A stretch of DNA of 64,000 nt, taken from positions 1-64,000 of the forward strand of contig CAZVGK010000001.1 in NCBI GenBank assembly GCA_964626665.1, given 5' to 3'. This stretch comes from an uncultured Gemmatimonadota bacterium. Lineage in GTDB: Bacteria; SM23-81; DAOVCL01. Numbering within the stretch: the first letter of the stretch is position 1; each line of letters begins with the position of its first letter. The translations under genes and the position numbers were made by a program. Below the pieces are notes generated by a model. It saw only the letters and a list, made by a program, of their open reading frames with translations. It was not told the DNA's origin and did not search any database. Positions 9,051 through 18,047 of the stretch are shown here, piece by piece.

Positions 9051-9077
9051 ACACTCAGTTACCCCAGAACACTTAGT

Positions 9078-9236
9078 GATGTTTCGAAAATTCCATGAAT
9101 TCCGAAGTATCCGGAATTGTTTGAAAGAGGTGAGCCCCCTTCAAGGATGACAGCGGAGCAACCTGAGCGAGCACAGGATTGCGGAGCGCCATAGGGACCC
9201 TCTGGAGAGATTAGCGACTGAGGGGAGCTGATTTCT
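9078..9236 (+). repeat. ~160-bp five-hairpin dispersed repeat, copy 2
   Basis: Aligns with 666-838 and 17848-18031, with shorter stems. Confidence 0.85.
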
Positions 9237-9275
9237 ACCATAGGCCTGGCCTGCTGCATCGGCTCATCTATGCAT

Positions 9276-9304
9276 AAGATAGCACACCTCTTCCCCTGTG
9301 TCAA
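9276..9304 (-). promoter_or_regulatory. sigma70-type promoter facing the PIN cassette
   Basis: TTGACA-N17-TATCTT with TG extension on the minus strand. Confidence 0.6.
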
Positions 9305-9470
9305 GTTGTGATTAGCTATAATCTGGCTGATGGCCTCACAGGGTTACCACCCGGAATAGCTTCTCTCTTTTATCCAGGTAGGCAGAAGTTGGTCAACGAT
9401 TACAGAATATGAAGAACGGTGTGCAGAAAGTGCTTGAAGATTTGAGGAATATGGAGAGTATGGCCATATT

Positions 9471-9704
9471 TTAAATATGGTCAAGTATTTCCTCCAAGAC
9501 GGCCTCCGCCTCCTTTTCCCTCCCCTTGGGGACTAAGATCTTTACCTCCATCCCCCCACTGCCGTAGGCGGTAGAGAGAACGTCCCCCTTGATGATGGAG
9601 GGGATACCCCTCTTCTCCAGCACCTCCTTGACCATCTGAGCATAGTAATTTGTGGGAAGGGTGCGTAGGGGAACAAATTCGTTTTTATCCGCTTCCTGAA
9701 TCAT
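9471..9704 (-). CDS. DUF2007 (PII-like fold) protein
   Basis: AQMVKEVLEKRGIPS and VKILVP..EAEAVL. AGGAGG SD before ATG at 9704. Confidence 0.75.
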   Translation of the reverse strand: MIQEADKNEFVPLRTLPTNYYAQMVKEVLEKRGIPSIIKGDVLSTAYGSGGMEVKILVPKGREKEAEAVLEEILDHI

Positions 9705-9960
9705 TGTCCTCCTTTTCGGGTTGACCAAACATTCCTTCCAGTATAAAGAGGGCTTCCTCCCTCCTCTCCGCGGGGACGGAGAGGGAGATGAAAGATGACT
9801 TTGGGCTCCAAGTTAGTTCCAGGCCGATGAAGGTATTTCCCGGGTTCCCCTCAGCCAGGATGGTGGGAATGCCCTTTGCCTCCAAGGCCTCCACGGCCAT
9901 ATGGGCCTCTATGGGATGGGAGAATCTCCAAACCTCTACCGGTTCCGTAACTTCCTCCAT
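9685..9960 (-). CDS. DUF2007 (PII-like fold) protein
   Basis: EAHMAVEALEAKGIP and LSVP..EEALFIL. Confidence 0.7.
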   Translation of the reverse strand: MEEVTEPVEVWRFSHPIEAHMAVEALEAKGIPTILAEGNPGNTFIGLELTWSPKSSFISLSVPAERREEALFILEGMFGQPEKEDNDSGSG

Positions 9961-10357
9961 CTATAGTATTCCACGACTAAAATCATACATTTATCGGTAG
10001 TCAGCCTCTTATAGCACAAAAGATCGGGATCTGCCCTCACCTTGCCTTTTTTATCTCCTGGTGGGTAAGGATACTCCCTTCCCCTCCCCACTTCGCTCTC
10101 CCTTTATCCCTTTCAGGGATAAGGAGAGAATTGCCCACCCCTTGGTTGCCTCTAAATACTCTCTTGCCAAACCCTGCGGCGAAAAGCACATTTCCCCTTC
10201 CTACCCTCATGTAGATTTAGGGATGAAAAGGACCACTGGTCAGGGAGTGAGCCAACAGAGTTTGCGGCATAGATCCATTGCTCTCATCTCTCTTCTTGCC
10301 TATGGAACATCAATTTCTCAACCTATCCTTGATGGTTACAATAACCTGACACGAATC

Positions 10358-10732
10358 TCAAGATGAGGGTTTGTGTAAACATCTAAATATAAAGATAACC
10401 AATGCCAAGCCCAAGAGATCGGCCAGGAGGTCCCAAGGGGAGGAGTCTCTGCCCGGGACGAAATACTGATGTAGCTCGTCGGTTACCGCCCAGAAGGCTC
10501 CAAAAAGAAAGGAGAAACTATACCGGTGTTGGCTTAATCTCTTCCAGTTTCCCAAAGACCTGTAGAGGAGGAAGCCAAAGATGGCGAACTCGGCCATATG
10601 GTAGAGCTTGTCCTGGAAGGAGAGGCCCAGTTCCGGGGTGGAGATCGAGGAAAAGGAGGAGAGGCTAAAAATCAAGAGGGCGTAGATGAGGGCAGGTAGG
10701 TGGTATTTGATGAATTCTCTATGGGTTAACAT
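10358..10732 (-). CDS. VanZ family membrane protein
   Basis: DKLYH..EF and DELHQYFVPGR..DLLAD motifs. Confidence 0.88.
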   Translation of the reverse strand: MLTHREFIKYHLPALIYALLIFSLSSFSSISTPELGLSFQDKLYHMAEFAIFGFLLYRSLGNWKRLSQHRYSFSFLFGAFWAVTDELHQYFVPGRDSSPWDLLADLLGLALVIFIFRCLHKPSS

Positions 10733-11733
10733 ATCCGGGGTAATTGCTCTCCTTCCAACATAAGGAGGGGACGGGTCCCTCCAATTTTGGTCTGGAGGAA
10801 GACCCCCTCTGGTTCCTCCTCCACCCGGCCGACAACCTGGGCATTCTTCCCCAAAGGGTGAGATCTTAAAGCCCGTAGGGCCACCTGGGCCAGCGCGGCA
10901 GGCAGGATGAGAATAAGCTTTCCCTCATTGGCTACATAAAGGGGATCAAAGCCCAAGAGATCGCAGATCCCCCTTACCTCCTCCCTGATGGGGATATCCT
11001 CCTCCTTAAGGAATATCCCCACCTTTGAGGAGTTGGCGATCTCGTTGAGGGCTGTGGCCAGGCCTCCCCGGGTGGGGTCACGCAGGGAATGGATCTGGGT
11101 GGTCTCCTTGAGGATGATCTCTAAGAGGGGGGTGAGAGGAGCACAGTCGCTTTTCAGGGAGGATTTTATCTCTATCCCTTCCCTCTGTGAGAGGATGGCC
11201 ATCCCATGATCCCCCAAGGTGCCTGAGCTGATTACCGCATCCCCTGGCCTGGCCCCTGATCCGGAGATCTCTACACCAGGCCAGATCCTTCCCACCCCAG
11301 AGGTGGTGATAAAGAGCCCGTCTGCTCCTCCCCTCTCCACCACCTTTGTATCCCCGCAGACTATCTGCACCCCTCCCTCCTGGGCCGCGGCCGCCATAGA
11401 CTCCACCACCCTTTCCAAGAGACTTAAATCGAGGCCTTCCTCGATGATAAAGCCCGCTGCCAGGAAGAGGGGTTTGGCCCCCTTCATCAAGAGGTCGTTG
11501 ACCGTACCGCTGACCGCCAACCTCCCAATATCCCCTCCTGGGAAGAGGAGGGGCTTGACCACATAGGAGTCAATGGTAAAGGCCAGCCTCTCCTTTAGAG
11601 GAAGCTCGGCGGAGTCGTCAAGGGGGGCCAGGATGGGATTGGCAAAGCTTTTTAGGAAGATCCCCTCGATTAACCTTCTGGTGGCCCGGCCGCCGCCGCC
11701 ATGGGAGAGTAGTATCTCCTTAACTTTCGCCAT
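10726..11733 (-). CDS. hypE: hydrogenase maturation carbamoyl dehydratase HypE
   Basis: SHGGGG, GTVNDL, RDPTRGG, ANEGK and C-terminal PRIC. Start MAKVKE at 11733. Confidence 0.97.
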   Translation of the reverse strand: MAKVKEILLSHGGGGRATRRLIEGIFLKSFANPILAPLDDSAELPLKERLAFTIDSYVVKPLLFPGGDIGRLAVSGTVNDLLMKGAKPLFLAAGFIIEEGLDLSLLERVVESMAAAAQEGGVQIVCGDTKVVERGGADGLFITTSGVGRIWPGVEISGSGARPGDAVISSGTLGDHGMAILSQREGIEIKSSLKSDCAPLTPLLEIILKETTQIHSLRDPTRGGLATALNEIANSSKVGIFLKEEDIPIREEVRGICDLLGFDPLYVANEGKLILILPAALAQVALRALRSHPLGKNAQVVGRVEEEPEGVFLQTKIGGTRPLLMLEGEQLPRIC

Positions 11734-12790
11734 ATTTGTAATAGGCTGCGCAGGCCCCCTCGGAGGAGACCATACAAGGGCCCACTGGGGTTTGTGGGGT
11801 ACATCTCTTCCCGAAGAGGCCACAGTCTGGAGGGACCTTCAGCCCCATCATTATCGGCCCGCAGATACACCCCTTGGGCTCCTCGGCCCGGGGAGGATGA
11901 AGATCAAAGGCCTTTTTGGCATCATAATCCGCAAACTCTTCACTTAAGCTTAGACCCGAGGAGGGGATCTCTCCTATCCCCCTCCACTGGGAGTCGCACT
12001 GCTGGAAGACCTTCTCTATGGAGGCTAAAGCCTTAGGGTTACCCTCCTGGTTTACCCCCCTTTCATACTGGATTTCTACTTTGGGATCGTCATCTCTACT
12101 CTGGCGGAGAAGCATCCAGATGCCCTGAAGGATGTCCAGGGGTTCAAATCCGATGATCACACAGGGGATGCCGAATCTTTCGGGGATGAATTCGTAGGGG
12201 TGGGAGCCGATGATGGTGCTCACATGGCCGGGACAGATGAAGCCGTCGATCCTGGCCTCCTCTTGGGCGCAGAGGAAACCCATAGCCGGGGGGATGAGCT
12301 TGAAGGCGGGATAGATGAGTAGATTCTTTACCCCTTTCTCCCGGGCTAAAAGGATGGTGGCTGCCACCGTAGGGGAGGTGGTCTCGAAACCCACTCCCAC
12401 GAAGCAAACTTTCTTCTCAGGGTTCCTCTCGGCTATCTGCAGGGCATCTAAGGGCGAATAGACGACTTTGACCTCCGCTCCCTGAGCCATCTCCCCCTCC
12501 AAGCTGGAATGGGAGCCGGGGACCTTGATCATATCCCCAAAGGTGGTGAGGATAACCCCCGGGATCTTGGTCAGCTCGATTATCCAGTCGATATCCTCCG
12601 CGGGGGTGACACAGACCGGGCAGCCTGGGCCGGAGAGGAGCTTCAGTCCATGGGGGACCATCCTCCTTATTCCCGAGGAGGAGATGGCCATAGTGTGGGT
12701 GCCGCAGACCTCCATCAAGTTTGTCTCCCCGGTTACTAATTTCTCTATTCTGTGTAGCAGGGCCTGGGCCAGCCTAGATTCATTCCTCAT
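11720..12790 (-). CDS. hypD: hydrogenase maturation protein HypD
   Basis: MEVCGTHT, GPGCPVC, GFETT, PGHVS and CMVSSEGAC motifs. Confidence 0.97.
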   Translation of the reverse strand: MRNESRLAQALLHRIEKLVTGETNLMEVCGTHTMAISSSGIRRMVPHGLKLLSGPGCPVCVTPAEDIDWIIELTKIPGVILTTFGDMIKVPGSHSSLEGEMAQGAEVKVVYSPLDALQIAERNPEKKVCFVGVGFETTSPTVAATILLAREKGVKNLLIYPAFKLIPPAMGFLCAQEEARIDGFICPGHVSTIIGSHPYEFIPERFGIPCVIIGFEPLDILQGIWMLLRQSRDDDPKVEIQYERGVNQEGNPKALASIEKVFQQCDSQWRGIGEIPSSGLSLSEEFADYDAKKAFDLHPPRAEEPKGCICGPIMMGLKVPPDCGLFGKRCTPQTPVGPCMVSSEGACAAYYKYGES

Positions 12791-13001
12791 AGGAGCTGAT
12801 CTCCTCCCAAAGCCGCAAGGTCTCCTGGGCCCTCTCCTGGTCGATCCTCTGGATGGCAAAGCCGGCATGGACCAAGACCCAATCCCCCAATTTGGCCTCG
12901 GGCAGAAGCATCAACCCTATTCTCCTCTCCACCCCGCGGAAGTTGGCGATGCCAAACTCCCCCTCTATATTTTTAATCTTTCCTGGAATGGCTAAGCACA
13001 T
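12780..13001 (-). CDS. hypC: hydrogenase maturation chaperone HypC
   Basis: MCLAIP N-terminus and VLVHAGFA. Confidence 0.97.
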   Translation of the reverse strand: MCLAIPGKIKNIEGEFGIANFRGVERRIGLMLLPEAKLGDWVLVHAGFAIQRIDQERAQETLRLWEEISSYEE

Positions 13002-13063
13002 CTTGCTCCATCTTTTATCAATTTTTCAAGATCTTGTTTTTTAGCAAATTTTTTCGTAGCAAC

Positions 13064-13160
13064 CGCAAAAACGCAAAGATCGCGGAGAAAATAAAAAGCA
13101 AAAGAGAGATGAAATAAAGCGATAATAATCTTTAAACTTTGCGTCCTTTGCGACTCCGCG
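13064..13160. repeat. inverted short-unit repeat (cgcaaag.../ctttgcg...)
   Basis: cgcaaaaacgcaaagatcgcggag is mirrored by ctttgcgtcctttgcgactccgcg. Confidence 0.6.
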
Positions 13161-13189
13161 ATGAATTATTTGGTTGCGGCTTTGCTGGA

Positions 13190-15496
13190 CTATGCCATCT
13201 GTGCCCCGGCCACTACAGCTTGGCCCAAGGAGATGCCGCCGTCATTTGCCGGGACTAAGTGGTGGTAAAAAGGTTTAAGCCCCTTTTCCCTTAACCCATT
13301 TATCGTCTGGAAGAGGAGGTATCTGTTCTGGAAAACCCCCCCGGAGAGGAAGACCCTTTCCTCCTTCCACCTTCGGCTAAGCCTTAGGGAGGTTTGCACG
13401 ATGACCTCGACCAGGGAGCGGTGAAACCTCAGGGCAATATCTTCCCTTCTCTCCCCCTTGAGGAGGTCCTCTATGACGCCATCAATTATCCTTTGGTGTT
13501 CTAAGACCAGTTTTCCCCCATCATCTTTGATCTCACAAGGATATGCCCCCTCCCCTTTTCCCCCTGCAGCCAATGATTCCAGTTCCACCGCTGCCCTTCC
13601 CTCATAGGTGTTGTGGAAACAGAGCCCCAGGAGGGCGGAGCAGACATCGAACAACCTCCCTGCACTGGAGGTAAAGGGGGAGTTTATCCCCTTCTCCACT
13701 TGCCCGATCACCGCATCCCTCTCCCCCTGTTTAAATCCCTTCCAGAGGCTCAAGGGCAAGCTGAGGGCCTCCCTTCCCCGGAAGTGAAGGAGGTAACCTA
13801 AGGCTGTGCGGTAGGTTCTCCTGATGGAGAGCTCACCGCCAGGCAGGGGGAAGGGGGCCAAATGGGCCACCCGTTGGAACCCCTTTAGATCAAAGAGGAG
13901 GAATTCCCCCCCCCAGATTGTCCCATCCAAACCATAGCCGCTTCCGTCAAAGGCCACCCCTAATGCCCTCCCCTGCCAGCCGTTTTCGGCTGCACAGCTT
14001 GCCAGGTGGGCGTGGTGGTGCTGCACCCCAATTTTCACCTTTGCCTCTAACCCCTGGGCGAACCTGGTGGAGAGGTAATCAGGGTGCAGATCGTAGGCTA
14101 TTAGCTGGGGCTCTATATTCAACCAGGATTTGAACCTGCCCAAGGCCTCCTGAAAGAACCTTAAGGTTTCCAAGTTGTCCAGCTCTCCAATGTGCTGGCT
14201 CAGAAAGGCCCTCTCCCCCTTGGCTAAACAGAAGGTGTTCTTGTAGTAGCCACCACAGGCCAAGACAGGGGGGACGGAGATGGGGAGCCTGATGGGTGCT
14301 GGTGCCCAGCCCCGGGAGCGGCGAACCAATGAGGGGACTCCATCGATGGTGAGAGCAACGGAATCATCGGTCCTGTTCCAGATGGGCCGATTGTGCACCA
14401 GAAAGTAATCGGCCACTGATTTGAGCTTTTGCGTTGCCTCTTCGTTGTCCGCAATGATGGGTTCACCCTTGGGGTTGCCACTGGTCATCACCAGGGCCTG
14501 CAGTTTCCCCCCTTCAAAGAGGAGATGGTGGAGTGGGGTATAGGGGAGCATAACCCCTAAGTAACGGTTTTTGGGGGCGACAGCATCGGAGATCTTGAGA
14601 CCGGGATGGTCCCTTTTCCTCAAAAGGAGGATGGGGGATTGGGGGCTTTTCAGTATGGCCTCTTCCTCCTGGTTGGTTATACAGGCCTTCCTCACCTTTT
14701 TTATATCAGGGATCATTACGGCCAGTGGCTTTGCCTCCCGCCTCTTTAGCTCTCGCAACCTGTTGACTGGCCCTTTCTTGGTGGCATCACATACCAAATG
14801 GAATCCACCCAGCCCCTTGATGGCCAGGATGTGCCCTTTGTTTAAGAGCTTAATGGCCCCTTGCAGGGGATCTGGGGTAGAGATCTTTCCCCCCTCCTTA
14901 TCTAAAAGGGTAAGCCAGGGGCCACATTTCGGGCAGGCATTGGGTTGGGCATGAAACCGGCGGTTGGTGGGGTCCCTATATTCGGCCGCACACTGGGGAC
15001 ACTGCTTAAAGATCCTCATTGTGGTCAACGGCCGATCATAGGGGATCCCCTGGATGATGGAGAACCTGGGGCCACAGTTTGTGCAGTTGGTGAAAGGATA
15101 CCTATATCTTCTGTTTGTTGGATCCCTTATATCCTGCAGGCATTCCTCACAGGTAGCCATATCAGGGGAGATGAGGGTGGGCTCCACCTGGGCCGCCTGG
15201 CTCTTCTCTATTTTGAAGTCCCGGTAATTGCTCCATCCCTGGGGATGAACCTCTATCCCCTCCACCTGGGAGAGGGGAGGGGCCTTTGTTTGCAACTCCT
15301 CGAGAAAAACCCGGATATCCCCGGCAGGGCCCTCGGCCTCAATAATAACGCCCTGGGTGGAATTGGACACCCTTCCCCTTATCCCCCAGAAATGGGCCAG
15401 GTTGTAGACAAAGGGCCTGAACCCTACCCCTTGCACCACCCCCTTTACCACTATCCGTAGTGCCTCCCTTTTCTCCTGAATTGCCACCTTCATCAT
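13190..15496 (-). CDS. hypF: carbamoyltransferase HypF
   Basis: GVVQGVGFRP acylphosphatase domain, zinc fingers (CTNCGPR, CPKCGP), HHHAH and NDGGISLGQ. Confidence 0.97.
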   Translation of the reverse strand: MMKVAIQEKREALRIVVKGVVQGVGFRPFVYNLAHFWGIRGRVSNSTQGVIIEAEGPAGDIRVFLEELQTKAPPLSQVEGIEVHPQGWSNYRDFKIEKSQAAQVEPTLISPDMATCEECLQDIRDPTNRRYRYPFTNCTNCGPRFSIIQGIPYDRPLTTMRIFKQCPQCAAEYRDPTNRRFHAQPNACPKCGPWLTLLDKEGGKISTPDPLQGAIKLLNKGHILAIKGLGGFHLVCDATKKGPVNRLRELKRREAKPLAVMIPDIKKVRKACITNQEEEAILKSPQSPILLLRKRDHPGLKISDAVAPKNRYLGVMLPYTPLHHLLFEGGKLQALVMTSGNPKGEPIIADNEEATQKLKSVADYFLVHNRPIWNRTDDSVALTIDGVPSLVRRSRGWAPAPIRLPISVPPVLACGGYYKNTFCLAKGERAFLSQHIGELDNLETLRFFQEALGRFKSWLNIEPQLIAYDLHPDYLSTRFAQGLEAKVKIGVQHHHAHLASCAAENGWQGRALGVAFDGSGYGLDGTIWGGEFLLFDLKGFQRVAHLAPFPLPGGELSIRRTYRTALGYLLHFRGREALSLPLSLWKGFKQGERDAVIGQVEKGINSPFTSSAGRLFDVCSALLGLCFHNTYEGRAAVELESLAAGGKGEGAYPCEIKDDGGKLVLEHQRIIDGVIEDLLKGERREDIALRFHRSLVEVIVQTSLRLSRRWKEERVFLSGGVFQNRYLLFQTINGLREKGLKPFYHHLVPANDGGISLGQAVVAGAQMA

Positions 15497-15719
15497 TGTC
15501 AAGTTTTCCTCAGGATTCAAAAAACCTTGGTGATGGGATAAGATCTGGTCTCCCCACGAGCGGATTAGACTCATACTTGTAAGGGGAGAAGTCTCCAAGT
15601 TTTGTCCACAGTTCTCCCCCAGGGGGGATGGAATTTCACCCTCACCTCACCCTTCAATGGAGAGGTAAAGTAGGCCTCAGGAGGTTCCTCCCACATCAGG
15701 GCTCCTGCCCTGAGGGCAG

Positions 15720-15809
15720 AGATTGCTTCGCCGTTCCGAAGAGTTTTCGGGACTCCTCGCAATGACGGACTCTATTCTCGTGTCATTGCGAGCGATAGCG
15801 AAGCAATCT
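15720..15809. repeat. GTCATTGCGAG...GAAGCAATC palindromic REP-like pair
   Basis: Same family at 34755-34848, 46544-46645 and, as a variant, 33679-33758. Confidence 0.8.
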
Positions 15810-15886
15810 TGTTGATTTCGGTATTGGTTGTGGGAGAGATCCCCAGACCTCAACTGAGTGGTTTTGTGCAAGGCAACAGCTAAATT

Positions 15887-15915
15887 AACTTAATTTCCTC
15901 CCACCCAATTGTCAA
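15887..15915 (-). promoter_or_regulatory. putative promoter toward hypFCDE
   Basis: TTGACA-N17-TAAGTT on the minus strand, back-to-back with the rex promoter. Confidence 0.5.
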
Positions 15916-15940
15916 GGGGAAAGATTTTTTTAGAAAAAGC

Positions 15941-15969
15941 TTGACAGGGGGCAGTCGGCTTGCTATTAT
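15941..15969 (+). promoter_or_regulatory. rex promoter
   Basis: TTGACA-N17-TATTAT with TG extension. Confidence 0.75.
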
Positions 15970-15972
15970 ACA

Positions 15973-15990
15973 TTGTGAATTTCTTCACAA
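15973..15990. promoter_or_regulatory. Rex operator (autoregulatory)
   Basis: TTGTGAA-TTTC-TTCACAA, a perfect Rex consensus just downstream of the -10. Confidence 0.92.
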
Positions 15991-16002
15991 GGAGGGAGGA
16001 GT

Positions 16003-16638
16003 TTGGAATCTAAGGCTCCAACGGCAACCATAGCAAGGCTTTCTCGCTATTATCGTCGCTTAACCCACCTGGAGGTTGAAGGGGTAGATACCGTCTCCTC
16101 GGAGACCTTGGGGGAGGTGGAGGGGGTTACCCCCTCGCAGGTGAGGAAGGACCTCTCCCTTTTTGGCAGTTTTGGCACCAAGGGGTTGGGCTATCCGGTC
16201 TCCGAATTGAAGGGAAAGGTTGCCTCTATCCTGGGTTTGGATAGAAAGTGGAAGGTTGGTTTGATTGGGATGGGCAATGTGGGTTCCGCCCTGGTGGGGT
16301 ATAAGGAATTTCACAAACAGGGGTTTGAGATTGTGGTCACCTTTGACAATGACAAGAGGAAGATCGGGAGCAAACGGGATGGGCTGGTAGTTAAGGATGT
16401 GGAGGAGATGGAGGATTACCTGAAGAGGGAGAAGGTGGATATCGTGATTTTGGCTGTCCCGGCAGATCAGGCCCAGAAGGTGGCCGAAAAGGTGGTGGGA
16501 TGTGGGGTGAGGGCCATACTGAACTTTGCCCCAGTCTCCCTTAAGTTACCCCCCAAGGTCTTTGTGCGCAATGAGAATATGGCCATCGAGCTTGAGGCCC
16601 TCTCCTTCTCCTTGGTGAATAAGAAGATTATTGGCTAA
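16003..16638 (+). CDS. rex: redox-sensing transcriptional repressor Rex
   Basis: RLSRY, QVRKDLS.FG..G..G.GY, IGMGNVG and ILNFAP motifs. Confidence 0.97.
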   Translation: MESKAPTATIARLSRYYRRLTHLEVEGVDTVSSETLGEVEGVTPSQVRKDLSLFGSFGTKGLGYPVSELKGKVASILGLDRKWKVGLIGMGNVGSALVGYKEFHKQGFEIVVTFDNDKRKIGSKRDGLVVKDVEEMEDYLKREKVDIVILAVPADQAQKVAEKVVGCGVRAILNFAPVSLKLPPKVFVRNENMAIELEALSFSLVNKKIIG

Positions 16639-16761
16639 AGATTTGGCCCTCCCCTTAGCGGGGCCTGTTGGGGGAGTTTAGAACGGCTTGATACAACTGG
16701 GTTTTAGGCATAAGCTCTGGATTCAATTATACCGACCTTGAGAAATCCCTTAAAAAAGGAC

Positions 16762-16789
16762 TTGACATTCTTTGATTGATTGTTATCTT
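16762..16789 (+). promoter_or_regulatory. promoter of the hydrogenase operon
   Basis: TTGACA-N16-TATCTT with TG extension. Confidence 0.65.
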
Positions 16790-16799
16790 TAAGCTGAGT

Positions 16800-16817
16800 T
16801 TGTGAAAAAGTTCACAA
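16800..16817. promoter_or_regulatory. Rex operator of the hydrogenase operon
   Basis: TTGTGAA-AAAG-TTCACAA, ending 1 nt before the ATG at 16819. Confidence 0.92.
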
Positions 16818-16818
16818 A

Positions 16819-17895
16819 ATGGATACCCTATTCATCGAGAAAAAGGATATTATCCCCTTTTGCAAGGCTTTGACCCATAAAGCGGAGCTCTACTCCAGTG
16901 TGGGGAGGAATGGGGGGATACACCTGGAGAGGTTAGCGGGAGGTAATTTAGAGGATGTGCTAACTGGGGGGAGGAGGACGGTGGAACCACTTAAGGCCCT
17001 CTTCTTTCTGCCCCTCTCCAAGGTTGCCGAATATTCATCGGCCAATTGGACCTCTCAGGGGAAGGAGAGGATAGTTTTAGGGGTGAAGGCCTGCGATTTA
17101 AAGGGGTTTGAGGTTTTAGACAAGGTTTTCTTGGAGGGGGAATACAAGGACCCCTTCTATGAGGCCAGGAGGAAGGCGACCCTGATCATCTCCGTCGACT
17201 GTACTAAGCCTGAGGATACTTGCTTCTGCACCTCTATGGGTGGAAAGCCATACCCAGAGTCTGGATTTGACCTTAACTTCTCTTTCCTAAATGAGGGGGC
17301 GATAGTGGAGATAGGTTCAGAAAGGGGAGGGGAGATAACCGGCGAATACAAGGCCTTCTTCCGTCAGCCGACCGCCGCTGAGTTAAAGGAGAGGGAAAAG
17401 AGGAGAAAAGAGATAACCAGCCAGGTGGATGAATACAATGTTAGGTGGGGAATAAAGCCACCCTATCATAACCTGGTAAAAAGGGCCACGGGCTCCCCGT
17501 TATGGGCCAAATTGGCCGAACGATGCGTAGAGTGTGGGGCTTGCCTGTACATCTGCCCTACCTGCCGCTGTTTCCTGCTCTATGATCAGGGAGAAGGGAA
17601 GGCCAATGAGAGGGTGATGATCTGGGATGGTTGTTATTTCCCCGGTTACTGGAGGATGGCCGGAGGCCTTACCCCCAAGCCCAGACTAACCACCAGGTTC
17701 GAGAACCGATTTAACTGTAAGTTCGACTACTTTGTGGAGAATTACGATGTGGAGGCCTGCACCGGCTGTGGCCGCTGCATAGAGGCTTGTATGGGCAAGA
17801 TCGACATCAGGGAATGTCTTCAGGAATTGAGGGGAAAGGCTAAACCGGACATTTTGGAATTTCTTAAAAATTCTGAAATGTCAGGGGATGTTTGA
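16819..17895 (+). CDS. AsrA/HydB-like 4Fe-4S subunit
   Basis: GVKACD, CFCTS, CVECGACLYICPTC and CTGCGRCIEAC motifs. Confidence 0.88.
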   Translation: MDTLFIEKKDIIPFCKALTHKAELYSSVGRNGGIHLERLAGGNLEDVLTGGRRTVEPLKALFFLPLSKVAEYSSANWTSQGKERIVLGVKACDLKGFEVLDKVFLEGEYKDPFYEARRKATLIISVDCTKPEDTCFCTSMGGKPYPESGFDLNFSFLNEGAIVEIGSERGGEITGEYKAFFRQPTAAELKEREKRRKEITSQVDEYNVRWGIKPPYHNLVKRATGSPLWAKLAERCVECGACLYICPTCRCFLLYDQGEGKANERVMIWDGCYFPGYWRMAGGLTPKPRLTTRFENRFNCKFDYFVENYDVEACTGCGRCIEACMGKIDIRECLQELRGKAKPDILEFLKNSEMSGDV

Positions 17896-18031
17896 AGTCC
17901 CGCACTCATGCATGCATAAGTGCGGGGTTCAAGGGTGACAGCTCTGCAATCCGAGCGAGCGGAAGATTGCGGAGCGCCAGAGGGTCGTGAGACCCTATGG
18001 AGAAATCAGCAACCGAAGGGAGCTAAGTTCT
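17848..18031 (+). repeat. ~180-bp five-hairpin dispersed repeat, copy 3
   Basis: Aligns with 666-838. Its 5' end encodes the C-terminus and stop of the upstream gene. Confidence 0.9.
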
Positions 18032-18047
18032 AAAGGAGAAGGCTTAA

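Noticed and set aside
9059-9304. 81-aa minus-strand ORF as an antitoxin upstream of the PIN gene
   Set aside because: It is the antisense translation of the five-hairpin repeat and starts within the promoter -35.
16645-16665. Intrinsic terminator after rex
   Set aside because: Weak hairpin without a U-tract; not supportable.
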